Shown piece by piece: positions 1-10,956 of a stretch of DNA of 64,000 nucleotides. The stretch's first letter is position 1. Each line of letters starts with the position of its first letter. The notes under the pieces were generated by a model. It did not search any database, had not been told where the DNA came from, and worked only from the letters and a program-made list of their open reading frames with translations. Where the stretch lies: assembly GCA_964016885.1 (NCBI GenBank), contig OZ024750.1, forward strand, positions 42,408,001 to 42,472,000. Direction: 5' to 3'. The DNA is from Eledone cirrhosa (taxonomy: Eukaryota). The translations under genes were made by a program, and so were the position numbers.

Positions 1-1338
1 TTTCTTGGTAAAAACTTGTCATACGAACTATTATAAGACATTATTGTTAAATCAACAAGAAATTATCGTGGCTGTTTTCTTTTGGAATGAGATAAGAATG
101 AGAGAAGTGTTGTTTTTATAGGTAAACAAGAGTGTAAATAATAGTTTCATCCAAGTAAGAGACCATAGGAAAGAATAGCAGTCAAAACCTGAGACTTCTA
201 AATGTCTACAGTCACTTCATCACCATCATCACCAAATCCTGTCACCGTTAGCTTTCCCTTTCATCCTTATGGGAGTTGTTAAAGTACCAGTAATAGATTG
301 GGGTTGATTTAATCACCCCCTCTTTTCAAATTGTTGGCCGTGTGCCAAAGGTAGAAACAATTATTATTATTACTGTTAGGGAGGGAAAGAAGAAAGTAGC
401 CTCAAAGTGGAGATTTGGTGTGAATATAATATTGTAGGGTACTCAATACAAAATCATGGACCCCAATGAGTACCCAATACAATATTGTAGACCCCACTAA
501 GAGTACCTAAGCACCAAGTAGAACAGCAGCAAGTCTCTGTAACAATTCATCAATCCATTAGATTGGTACTTTACTTTATTGACCTTAAAAAGAAAAGTTA
601 TCCTTGGTGGGATTTGAACTTAGAGAGAGCTGGAACAAATAGCACCACATGGCTTTATGTCCTACATCCTAGCAACTCTGCCATACTACTTACTGTCAGG
701 TCTTGAGACATATCTTTATCTTTAGTATTTCCTTGATGGGCTTCTTTTTTTCTTCTTCTTTTTCTCATTTTGTCACAAGCCAGTTTATGGAGGTGGGAGG
801 CATAGCCTTCTCTCAAGGATATTACAATTGGCTTTCAATGGAAATTCAAACCAATTCATTGGCATCAATATCAGCTTAAATATTGCTCTTACAGTGAAAC
901 TTTTAATATTTTCAGGTTTCACTCAAATCACATAATCACCAAAATTGAAATGTACACATGAGCACAATAAAATGGAGAATATTTATAAAATTCTTAAATT
1001 TTTTGGTTATTGCCATTAGATAAACAATTACTATAGAAATCTAGCTTAATGATATAATTTAATTACGGTGGTCATATGATTCTTGAGTCTTGAAATTTAA
1101 GAAGGCAGTTTATTTCCCACATTTTAATTTTTTTTATCTTTGTCTTTATTTTTTTTCATTGACTTTGATTTTTTATTTAGGATTTGTTCACAGATTTTCA
1201 ATTCTAGATTTGGCATGAGACAAGAAGAGAGTCTTTTACTAAAATTAGAAACCAATTCAATCTCTATTTCAATACTAAACTGGTTCGATGATACAAAGTT
1301 GTTAATTTTAATTTCAATATATATATATATATATATAT

Positions 1339-1340
<2 letters not shown>

Positions 1341-1372
<32 letters not shown>

Positions 1373-1797
1373 CCGTTTTACATCCGTTCTTCCACGCTAG
1401 CATGGGTTAGACGGGTTGTCCTGTTGTGGACAGTGTCTGGTCAGCTGACTTTGTCTTGCTCATTCTGGCTTGATTTCTACAGCTGGGTGCCCTTCCTAAC
1501 ACCAACCTCATTTACAGTGAGTGCTGGATGCTTTTTTTCCGTGGCGCCTACACGTCCACTTTACAGTGTGGGCTGGGTGCTTTTTTTTTTGTTTTTACCG
1601 TGGCACCTCCACGACCACTTTGCAGTGGAATGATAGGGACCCCAGTCCTATCATCTCATTTCTACAGCTGATTAAACTGGAGCAATGTGAAATAAAGTGT
1701 CTTGCTCAAGGAAACAACACATCACCCGGTCTGAGAATTGAACTCACAACCTTTCAATTGCAAGCCCAATGTTCTAACCACTAGGCCATGCGCCTTC
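1341..1797 (-). mobile_element. tRNA-derived SINE, family A, with RTE-LINE 3' tail and (GAT)n end
   Basis: Minus strand starts GGCGCATGGCCTAGTGG (A box) ... GAGTTCAATT (B box); 3' part nearly identical to the LINE 3' UTR at 17600-17858; flanked by (TA)n. Confidence 0.85.
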
Positions 1798-2369
1798 ATA
1801 TGTATATATATATAATTTTACGTCTGCTTTTCCCTCACGACACTTAAGAACCTTTGTTCTAATGAACCTTGTAGAACTTTACGAGGGGGCAGGGCTTTAT
1901 AGTCAGGTATGATTCTCCTTCTTTCGTCTTCTTTTAAGACATGCTGGGATATGGTGCACCTATTCTAATACCTGGATACATACAGGATTTAAAAAATAGG
2001 CAATGGTTTTTTTTGTTTTGATTTTTTGTGTGTATTTTTGGTGGGGTGGGGGGTGAGGATCAGAACTAAAACATAAGAAAATAACCCCTTCAGATTCTTG
2101 AATATTTTCAAAATTATTTGAAAATCCTCGGCGGTGTTTTTCATTAGAAATCTGGTTAAAAGCAACTGAAATAGTGAAGTTAATAAAACAGGACATACAC
2201 CCCAACAGCACCCATAACAAGAGTTAGCATCAAATAACTAAACAAGAATATAACAAAGAAGATTGGTAAACATTGGTTATAGTAAAACATTAGATAGAAA
2301 TAGAGAGAAGTTCTACTGTGAGAAAGGCCACACCTAATGACACAGCACAATAGTAGCTTAGAGTAACAT

Positions 2370-2418
<49 letters not shown>

Positions 2419-2431
2419 CTCTCTCTCTCTC

Positions 2432-2501
<70 letters not shown>

Positions 2502-2503
<2 letters not shown>

Positions 2504-2828
2504 GGCTTAGTGGTTAGAGCATTGGGCTTGCAATCGAAAGGTTGTGAGTTCAATTCTGAGACTGGGTGATGTGTTGTTTCCTTGAGCAAGACACTTTATT
2601 TCACATTGCTCCAGTTTACTCAGCTGTAGAAATAAGATGATAGGGACTGCGGTCCCTATCATTCCACTGCAAAGTGGTTGTGGAGGTGCCACGGCAAAAA
2701 AGCACCCAGCATTCACTGTAAATGGGGTTGGTGTTAGGAAGGGCATCCAGCTGTAGAAATGAAGCCAGAATCAGTTCCCATCCCACCCTTGCAAGCAGGG
2801 AAAAGCGGACGTATGATGATGATGATGA
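2502..2828 (+). mobile_element. tRNA-derived SINE, family A, short-tail subtype
   Basis: Same head as 1341-1797 in the opposite orientation; ends CCCACCCTTGCAAGCAGGGAAAAGCGGACGTA(TGA)n, matching the 3' end of the LINE at 31235-31293. Confidence 0.85.
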
Positions 2829-2829
2829 C

Positions 2830-2862
<33 letters not shown>

Positions 2863-3021
2863 CACACACACACACACACATACACATACACATATACACC
2901 CACATTCCAACAGCAATCAAACTCTCTTGTCAAACACTTGTCCAAATCAGTCACCTAAAACTTCTACAAAGACGAGATATACACTACACTTCTAACCTGA
3001 TCATGAATGCTGTCTCTTTAA

Positions 3022-3456
3022 CCCTTTAGCATTTAAACTGGTCGTATCCAGCCAGAATTCTCTCACCGCTTTCCTTTCAAACCAGCCGTATCTGGCTGGT
3101 CATACTTATGTTAAGGTATTGTTCTCAAAATAAATATCAAAATCTCATAGATTCGATATTATGTGAGGGAAAGCATTTACCCTGAAAATACAATAGTATG
3201 TATAGAGTAATGTAAATGTTATGTGAGGGAAAGCATTTACCTTGAAAATACAATAGTATATATAGAGTAATGTAAATGTTATGTGAGATATTATGTGAGT
3301 TAAAGCATTTACCCTGAAAATACAATAGTATATATAGAGTAATGTAAATGTTATGTGAGATATTATATGAGTTAAAGCATTTAGCCTGAAAATACAATAG
3401 TATATATAGAGTAATGTATACAATAGTATATATAGAGTAATGTAAATGGTAAAGGG
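3022..3456 (+). mobile_element. piggyBac-like TTAA MITE with internal 60/75-bp tandem duplications
   Basis: TTAA|CCCTTTAGCATTTA ... TAAATGGTAAAGGG|TTAA: terminal inverted repeats with a TTAA target duplication; related copies at 10957, 11025, 34960 and 38709. Confidence 0.8.
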
Positions 3457-3468
3457 TTAAACCAAATA

Positions 3469-6347
3469 AATGTTAGGTTTGCTGTGGTAAATGTTGGTTG
3501 GGTTGGCTGTGGTAAATGTTAGGTTGGCTGAGGTAAATGTTAGGTTGGCTGAAGTAAATGTTAGGTTGGCTGAGGTAAATGTTAGGTTGGCTGAAGTAAA
3601 TGTTAGGTTGGCTGAGGTAAATGTTAGGTTGGCTGTGGTAAATGTTAGGTTGGCTGTGGTAAATGTTAGGTTGGCTGAAGTAAATGTTAGGTTGGCTGAA
3701 GTAAATGTTAGGTTGGCTGAAGTAAATTTTAGGTTGGCTGAGGTAAATGTTAGGTTGGCTGTGGTAAATGTTAGGTTGGCTGAGGTAAATGTTAGGTTGG
3801 CTGAGGTAAATGTTAGGTTGGCTGAAGTAAATGTTAGGTTGGCTGAAGTAAATTTTAGGTTGGCTGAGGTAAATGTTAGGTTGGCTGTGGTAAATGTTAG
3901 GTTGGCTGAAGTAAATGTTAGGTTGGCTGTGGTAAATGTTAGGTTGGCTGAAGTAAATTTTAGGTTGGCTGAGGTAAATGTTAGGTTGGCTGTGGTAAAT
4001 GTTAGGTTGGCTGAGGTAAATGTTAGGTTGGCTGAGGTAAATGTTAGGTTGGCTGAAGTAAATGTTAGGTTGGCTGAAGTAAATTTTAGGTTGGCTGAGG
4101 TAAATGTTAGGTTGGCTGTGGTAAATGTTAGGTTGGCTGAAGTAAATGTTAGGTTGGCTGAAGTAAATTTTAGGTTGGCTGAGGTAAATGTTAGGTTGGC
4201 TGTGGTAAATGTTAGGTTGGCTGAGGTAAATGTTAGGTTGGCTGAGGTAAATGTTAGGTTGGCTGAGGTAAATGTTAGGTTGGCTGTGGTAAATGTTAGG
4301 TTGGCTGAGGTAAATGTTAGGTTGGCTGTGGTAAATGTTAGGTTGGCTGTGGTAAATGTTAGGTTGGCTGAAGTAAATGTTAGGTTGGCTGTGGTAAATG
4401 TTAGGTTGGCTGTGGTAAATGTTAGGTTGGCTGAAGTAAATTTTAGGTTGGCTGAGGTAAATGTTAGGTTGGCTGAAGTAAATTTTAGGTTGGCTGAGGT
4501 AAATGTTAGGTTGGCTGTGGTAAATGTTAGGTTGGCTGAGGTAAATGTTAGGTTGGCTGAAGTAAATTTTAGGTTGGCTGAGGTAAATGTTAGGTTGGCT
4601 GTGGTAAATGTTAGGTTGGCTGAGGTAAATGTTAGGTTGGCTGTGGTAAATGTTAGGTTGGCTGAAGTAAATTTTAGGTTGGCTGAGGTAAATGTTAGGT
4701 TGGTTGTGGTAAATGTTAGGTTGGCTGTGGTAAATGTTAGGTTGGCTGAGGTAATGTTAGGTTGGCTGTGGTAAATGTTAGGTTGGCTGTGGTAAATGTT
4801 AGGTTGGCTGAGGTAAATGTTAGGTTGGCTGAAGTAAATGTTAGGTTGGCTGAGGTAAATGTTAGGTTGGCTGAAGTAAATGTTAGGTTGGCTGAGGTAA
4901 ATGTTAGGTTGGCTGTGGTAAATGTTAGGTTGGCTGTGGTAAATGTTAGGTTGGCTGAAGTAAATGTTAGGTTTGCTGTGGTAAATGTTGGTTGGGTTGG
5001 CTGTGGTAAATGTTAGGTTGGCTGAGGTAAATGTTAGGTTGGCTGAGGTAAATGTTAGGTTGGCTGAGGTAAATGTTAGGTTGGCTGTGGTAAATGTTAG
5101 GTTGGCTGTGGTAAATGTTAGGTTGGCTGAGGTAATGTTAGGTTGGCTGTGGTAAATGTTAGGTTGGCTGTGGTAAATGTTAGGTTGGCTGAGGTAAATG
5201 TTAGGTTGGCTGAAGTAAATGTTAGGTTGGCTGAGGTAAATGTTAGGTTGGCTGAAGTAAATGTTAGGTTGGCTGAGGTAAATGTTAGGTTGGCTGTGGT
5301 AAATGTTAGGTTGGCTGTGGTAAATGTTAGGTTGGCTGAAGTAAATGTTAGGTTGGCTGTGGTAAATGTTAGGTTGGCTGAGGTAAATGTTAGGTTGGCT
5401 GAGGTAAATGTTAGGTTGGCTGTGGTAAATGTTAGGTTGGCTGTGGTAAATGTTAGGTTGGCTGAAGTAAATGTTAGGTTGGCTGTGGTAAATGTTAGGT
5501 TGGCTGAAGTAAATGTTAGGTTGGCTGTGGTAAATGTTAGGTTGGCTGAAGTAAATGTTAGGTTGGCTGAAGTAAATGTTAGGTTGGCTGTGGTAAATTT
5601 TAGGTTGGCTGAGGTAAATGTTAGGTTGGCTGTGGTAAATGTTAGGTTGGCTGAAGTAAATGTTAGGTTGGCTGTGGTAAATGTTAGGTTGGCTGTGGTA
5701 AATGTTAGGTTGGCTGAAGTAAATGTTAGGTTGGCTGTGGTAAATGTTAGGTTGGCTGTGGTAAATGTTAGGTTGGCTGTGGTAAATGTTAGGTTGGCTG
5801 AAGTAAATGTTAGGTTGGCTGTGGTAAATTTTAGGTTGGCTGAGGTAAATGTTAGGTTGGCTGTGGTAAATGTTAGGTTGGCTGAAGTAAATGTTAGGTT
5901 GGCTGTGGTAAATGTTAGGTTGGCTGAAGTAAATGTTAGGTTGGCTGAGGTAAATGTTAGGTTGGCTGAAGTAAATGTTAGGTTGGCTGAAGTAAATGTT
6001 AGGTTGGCTGAGGTAAATGTTAGGTTGGCTGTGGTAAATGTTAGGTTGGCTGTGGTAAATGTTAGGTTGGCTGAAGTAAATGTTAGGTTGGCTGTGGTAA
6101 ATGTTAGGTTGGCTGTGGTAAATGTTAGGTTGGCTGAAGTAAATGTTAGGTTGGCTGTGGTAAATGTTAGGTTGGCTGTGGTAAATGTTAGGTTGGCTGA
6201 AGTAAATGTTAGGTTGTCTGTGGTAAATGTTAGGTTGGCTGTGGTAAATGTTAGGTTGGCTGAAGTAAATGTTAGGTTGGCTGTGGTAAATGTTAGGTTG
6301 GCTGTGGTAAATGTTAGGTTGGCTGTGGTAAATGTTAGGTTGGCTGA
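3469..6347. repeat. 21-bp minisatellite (GTAAATGTTAGGTTGGCTG[TG/AG/AA]), about 135 units
   Basis: Direct reading; stop-free units generate the spurious 1003, 427 and 407 aa ORFs. Confidence 0.97.
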
Positions 6348-6464
6348 GGAGAGTTCTGCATACTAACTCCAAATATGGTAGGATCTGGTAGATAAGGGTT
6401 ATCCTAGATATAGAAATAATATGGGATGGTCTTGGCTGGCATGTGTTTATAAATATGTTTATAC

Positions 6465-6909
6465 ACACTTACACCTCTCCAAGACAATGTCACGGGACGA
6501 GATCTTTGGTGCTACACAGTAATATAGGAGACCCGCCTTGCCTAAGTACAAAGTGAAACCTACAGTCAGTAGGCACCTCTTAACCAAAAATACACCCCAT
6601 CCCCCTACCCCCACTCCCATCTACACCACCCCTTTCTCTTTATAGTCCTAAATAAATGAGGTTGTGTAGGTGTCACGACAAAAAACACAACAGTCCACGC
6701 TGTAATGTGGCCGTGTAGGTAACACGGTAAAAAACTCCCAGTCCACACTGTGGTTGGTGTTAGGAAGGGCATCCAGCCGTAGAAAACCTGCCAGACAGTC
6801 CTACACGAGCAAGACAACCAATCTTGCCTCACGTGGGACAATTGCCGTCTCAATCCATGCTAGCGTGGAAGATAGACGTTAAACGTTGTTGATGATGATG
6901 ATGATGATT
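6465..6909 (+). mobile_element. 3' fragment of an RTE-clade LINE
   Basis: Similar to 19370-19962 (CACCTCTCCAAGACAATGTCAC...), carries the GGAAGGGCATCC motif and a (GAT)n tail. Confidence 0.85.
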
Positions 6910-7227
6910 GATCCAAGCTGACCTGGTGTTAAACAAGAATAGATGGTATAAACATATCATATTTCTAGAAACTACAGGAAAATTACCAGATAACAGAGTT
7001 GGCATCATTACAGGCGGCTGCTTACAGACCACACCCACCCAATAAATCAAAAATAAAGAAACAAAATGAAAAGAAATTTATATCTAGACTCAGGCAACCC
7101 ACACAATTCCCCCACCCTGCCCCATCTCACATTCCCTACCCCCTGCCATAGTATGTTCAGTTAGCCACCCTCAACACACCCAGACACATCTATAAACACC
7201 ACAGAAACAGCATCCTAAACAACATTC

Positions 7228-7500
7228 ACATCACCACCACCACCATCACTACAACCACCACCACCACTACCATCACCACCACTACTACCACTACCATCAC
7301 CATCACCACCACAACCACTACCATCACCACCACCACTACCACCACCACTACAACCACTACCATCACCACCACCACCATTACCACAACCACTACCATCACC
7401 ATCACCACCACTACCATTACCACAACCACTACCATCACCACCACCACTACAACCACTACCATCACCACCACCACTACAACCACCACCACCACCATCATCA
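7228..7500. repeat. (CAC/CAT/TAC)n degenerate trinucleotide tract
   Basis: Direct reading. Confidence 0.9.
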
Positions 7501-7926
7501 GTCCATACACACAAATAGCCACCTCATCAATAATAACTCCATTCTGTTAAAATACACAACATTACTCCAGGTATACAGTTGTCATGTGATCAATTACCAA
7601 TATGCCATACAATATACAATGAACTGGCCCTTGGCGCTCTCAGTTCAAATCCTGCCGAGGTCAACTTTGCCTTCACCCATTCAAGGTCAATAAAAAAAGT
7701 ATGTAAAAGCAGCTTTTATATATATATACATATACATATATCATCATCATCATTTCATCATTTCATTTTACATCCACTTTTCCCTGCTTGCAAGGGTGGG
7801 ACGGGAACTGATTCTGGCTTGATTTCTACAGCTGGATGCCCTTCCTAACACCAACCTCATTTACAGTGAGTGCTGGGTGCTTTTTTGCCGTGGCACCTCC
7901 ACGAAAATATATGGGGGGGGGGGGGT

Positions 7927-8011
7927 TCTCTTGACAAGCCGATAACCTGAGGGCCTCAGTGACTTTAGTTGCTCTTTGGCTTCACACGAACCGGTGAAAC
8001 TGCAGTCGGGA
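7927..8011 (+). ncRNA. Putative minimal type I hammerhead ribozyme (U3-A8 core variant)
   Basis: TCTC-TTGACAA-GCCG...CGGT-GAAA-CTGCAG-TC-GGGA: stem I TCTC/GGGA, stem II GCCG/CGGT, palindromic stem III ACTGCAGT, GUC cleavage triplet. Confidence 0.6.
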
Positions 8012-8261
8012 CTTTGAAGAAAAATTAGCTATGACTTATAAGGGATAACAAAATATTGTTATAAGTAATCCAGTTAGAGGTTGTGAATACTTCGTATTGT
8101 GGGTAGTTTTAGCGTACAGCGTTGTTTGACTCAACAAGAGGTTTCCGTAGGTGGCGAGTTTATGAGTTCTCTTGTATTCCTATGTAAGTTTATATTGGAG
8201 TAATAAAATTGAAAAAAGTGGAGAATAACATGGTCAAGAGTACAAAAACGGGGATTTATTT

Positions 8262-8373
8262 ACAGTCTAACAATTGTTTCACTGATTAAGTTGTCTAAAA
8301 ATTGCTGAACACTAGAAGCAGTGCCACTCAATTTCAAATACGATGCTAGCTCGATCAGATCTTCAGAAACTGT
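8262..8373 (-). ncRNA. Putative minimal type I hammerhead ribozyme within a Penelope-like inverted-repeat remnant
   Basis: Minus strand: ACAGTTT-CTGAAGA-T-CTGATCGAG...CTTAATCAG-T-GAAA-CAATTG-TT-AGACTGT; 7-bp stem I, palindromic stem III; enclosed by 36-bp inverted repeats at 8213-8248 and 8389-8424. Confidence 0.65.
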
Positions 8374-8696
8374 TACAAAAAATATATATTTTTGTACTGT
8401 TGACCATGTTATTCTCCACTTTTTATATATTATCTGATCTGTAACTCCTTAAATTGTCCATGTCATTGATAAATTGTACAAGAGATTCAGGCTATATTAC
8501 CTACAGTGTTTAACAGAGAGATAGATAAAGAGACAATGAACTTGAGCTATAATTATCAGGACTTCCTGTTTACTACTTTATAAACATGGAGAGATTGTTA
8601 TCTTCTTACAATCTGGTTTATTTAGTCTCTATAGAAATTGTTCCATGTAAAAATTTCCACTTCCACTTCACATGTTGCCACCAATTTGGTGTTTTA

Positions 8697-9081
8697 TCGC
8701 CACCATCACTATTATTGTTGTCATCATCATCATCACCACCATCACTATTTTTGTTACTATTATTATTATTATCACCCTTGCTATTTCTGTTGTCGTCATC
8801 ATCATCATCACCATCATCATCATCACCATCGTCATCACCATCGTCATCATCACCATCGTCATCACCACCATCGTCATCACCATCATCATCACCATCGTCA
8901 TCACCATCGTCATCATCACCATCATCATCACCATCGTCATCATCACCATCATCATCACCATCATCGTTATCACCATCATCATCATCATCACCACCACCAC
9001 CACCATCATCATCATCACCACCATCACCACCATCATCACCATCATCACCATCATGATCACCATCATCATCATCACCATCAC

Positions 9082-9113
<32 letters not shown>

Positions 9114-9129
9114 CCATCATCGTCATCAC
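8697..9129. repeat. (CAT/CAC/CGT)n trinucleotide tract
   Basis: Direct reading; source of the poly-H, D, S and M ORFs. Confidence 0.95.
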
Positions 9130-9399
9130 TAGCTGGTCCCCCAGCCGTCAAAAATGACAGCTAATTATAATATCTATACATATTATAAAAAAGTTTGGCA
9201 TCACCCCTTCCTTCCTCAGTCATCTCTAGTGTGTCACAACAAATACACATTGACTTATTATATTACTGATCATCATCATCATCATCACCACCATCATCAT
9301 CATCATCACCATCATGTATTTGCTCACTCTGTTCTGTTTTTTTTTGTTCATTATGTCACTATAACCAAGGGCAGCTCTGTGTGTCTTGAGTATGTACAC

Positions 9400-9748
9400 T
9401 GTTGTTGGTGGTGGTGGTGGTGGTGGTGGTGTTGGTGGTGGTTTTGTTGGTGTTGGTGGTGGTGGTGTTGTTGGTGATGGTGGTGGTGGTGGTGCCGTCG
9501 CTGTCGCCGCCGTCCTTGTCATCTTTTTTTTTTTGGCATTGTTAAAATTTATTTACACACAAAACCCACACACACACACTCGCCAACACACACACACACC
9601 AACATACACCAACACACACACACACCAACATACACCAACACACACACACACACACCAACATACACCACAACACACACACACACACACCAACACACACCAA
9701 CACACACACACCAACACTCCAACATACACCAACACAAACACTCACACT
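9400..9748. repeat. (GGT)n tract followed by a degenerate (CA)n tract
   Basis: Direct reading. Confidence 0.9.
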
Positions 9749-9819
9749 CTATGTTTTCGTCCTGTACTGTCATAATGTTTTTCTTGATGTAAACCCTTTG
9801 TGTGGTTAATACAGAAACC

Positions 9820-10283
9820 ATTATTATTATTATTATTATAAATAAAGTACCAGTAATGCACTGGGTAATTGCTGGCCTTGTGCCTAAAGTAGAAACAATT
9901 ATTATTATTATTATTATTATAAAGTACCAGTAATGCACTGGGTAATTGCTGGTCTTGTGCCTAAAGTAGAAACAATTATTATTATTATAAATAAAGTACC
10001 AGTAATGCACTGGGTAATTGCTGGTCTTGTGCCTAAAGTAGAAACAATTATTATTATTATTATTATTATTATTATAAAGTACCAGTAATGCACTGGGTAA
10101 TTGCTGGTCTTGTGCCTAAAGTAGAAACAATTATTATTATTATAAATAAAGTACCAGTAATGCACTGGGTAATTGCTGGTCTTGTGCCTAAAGTAGAAAC
10201 AATTATTATTATTATTATTATTATTATTATAAAGTACCAGTAATGCACTGGGTAATTGCTGGTCTTGTGCCTAAAGTAGAAAC

Positions 10284-10314
<31 letters not shown>

Positions 10315-10366
10315 AAGTACCAGTAATGCACTGGGTAATTGCTGGTCTTGTGCCTAAAGTAGAAAC

Positions 10367-10397
<31 letters not shown>

Positions 10398-10625
10398 AAG
10401 TACCAGTAATGCACTGGGTAATTGCTGGTCTTGTGCCTAAAGTAGAAACAATTATTATTATTATTATTATTATAAAGTACCAGTAATGCACTGGGTAATT
10501 GCTGGTCTTGTGCCTAAAGTAGAAACTATTATTATTATTATTATAAATAAAGTACCAGTAATGCACTGGGTAATTGCTGGCCTTGTGCCTAAAGTAGAAA
10601 CAATTATTATTATTATTATTATTAT
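9820..10625 (+). repeat. Tandem array (about 11 units) of a SINE family B 3' end: constant core of about 50 bp plus variable (ATT)n
   Basis: Core AAAGTACCAGTAATGCACTGGGTAATTGCTGGTCTTGTGCCTAAAGTAGAAAC matches the SINE 3' end at 62688-62760. Confidence 0.92.
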
Positions 10626-10758
10626 TTGTTTTTCAGAGCTGCGGTGAGTCCATGTGGTAGCTGTACCCTAGTTTCACTCTGAAGCCGGTGAACATCCCTA
10701 TTTTTGTACAGCTGTCATAGACAGCAGCATCAGCAGCAGCATCATCATCATCAGCACC

Positions 10759-10912
10759 ATGCCAAAGAGAAAGCTAGATACTGACTTTACTTCTGAATGC
10801 CATAGCGATATAATGGCTCTTCCTTCAGATGGTACCCCTCCCCAGTCTGACATTGATGAAAGCAGTAGCTTCAGTGCCATCACAGATAGCAGTGTCGACG
10901 TTCCTTTCACTG
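10759..10912 (+). CDS. CSRNP: CSRNP/Axud1-family protein, coding exon 1 (MPKRKLDTDF...SSVDVPFT)
   Basis: ATG in a good context (CACCATG); N-terminal KRK motif and Ser-rich stretch as in CSRNPs; upstream acceptor TTTTCAG at 10636; phase-1 donor G|GTCAGT that joins exon 2 in frame (G+AG=Glu). The link across 43 kb is inferred. Confidence 0.75.
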
Positions 10913-10956
10913 GTCAGTACCAATAAATATACTAGTATTATTTTTATTATTATCAA

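Noticed and set aside
1730-1797. tRNA gene candidates (also 2502, 13208, 62555)
   Set aside because: A/B boxes belong to SINE heads; no complete cloverleaf seen; continuous with SINE bodies.
3469-6347. TTAGG telomere-like motif
   Set aside because: Occurs once per 21-bp unit and not as tandem telomeric repeats.
3457-6468. 1003-aa and 400+-aa repetitive ORFs (SQPNIYH, RLAEVNV)
   Set aside because: Translation of a stop-free 21-bp minisatellite; indels switch the peptide register without constraint; no unique domain.
9820-10625. CRISPR-like constant repeat plus variable spacer
   Set aside because: Spacers are only (ATT)n, the repeat is a SINE 3' end, there are no cas genes, and the context is eukaryotic.
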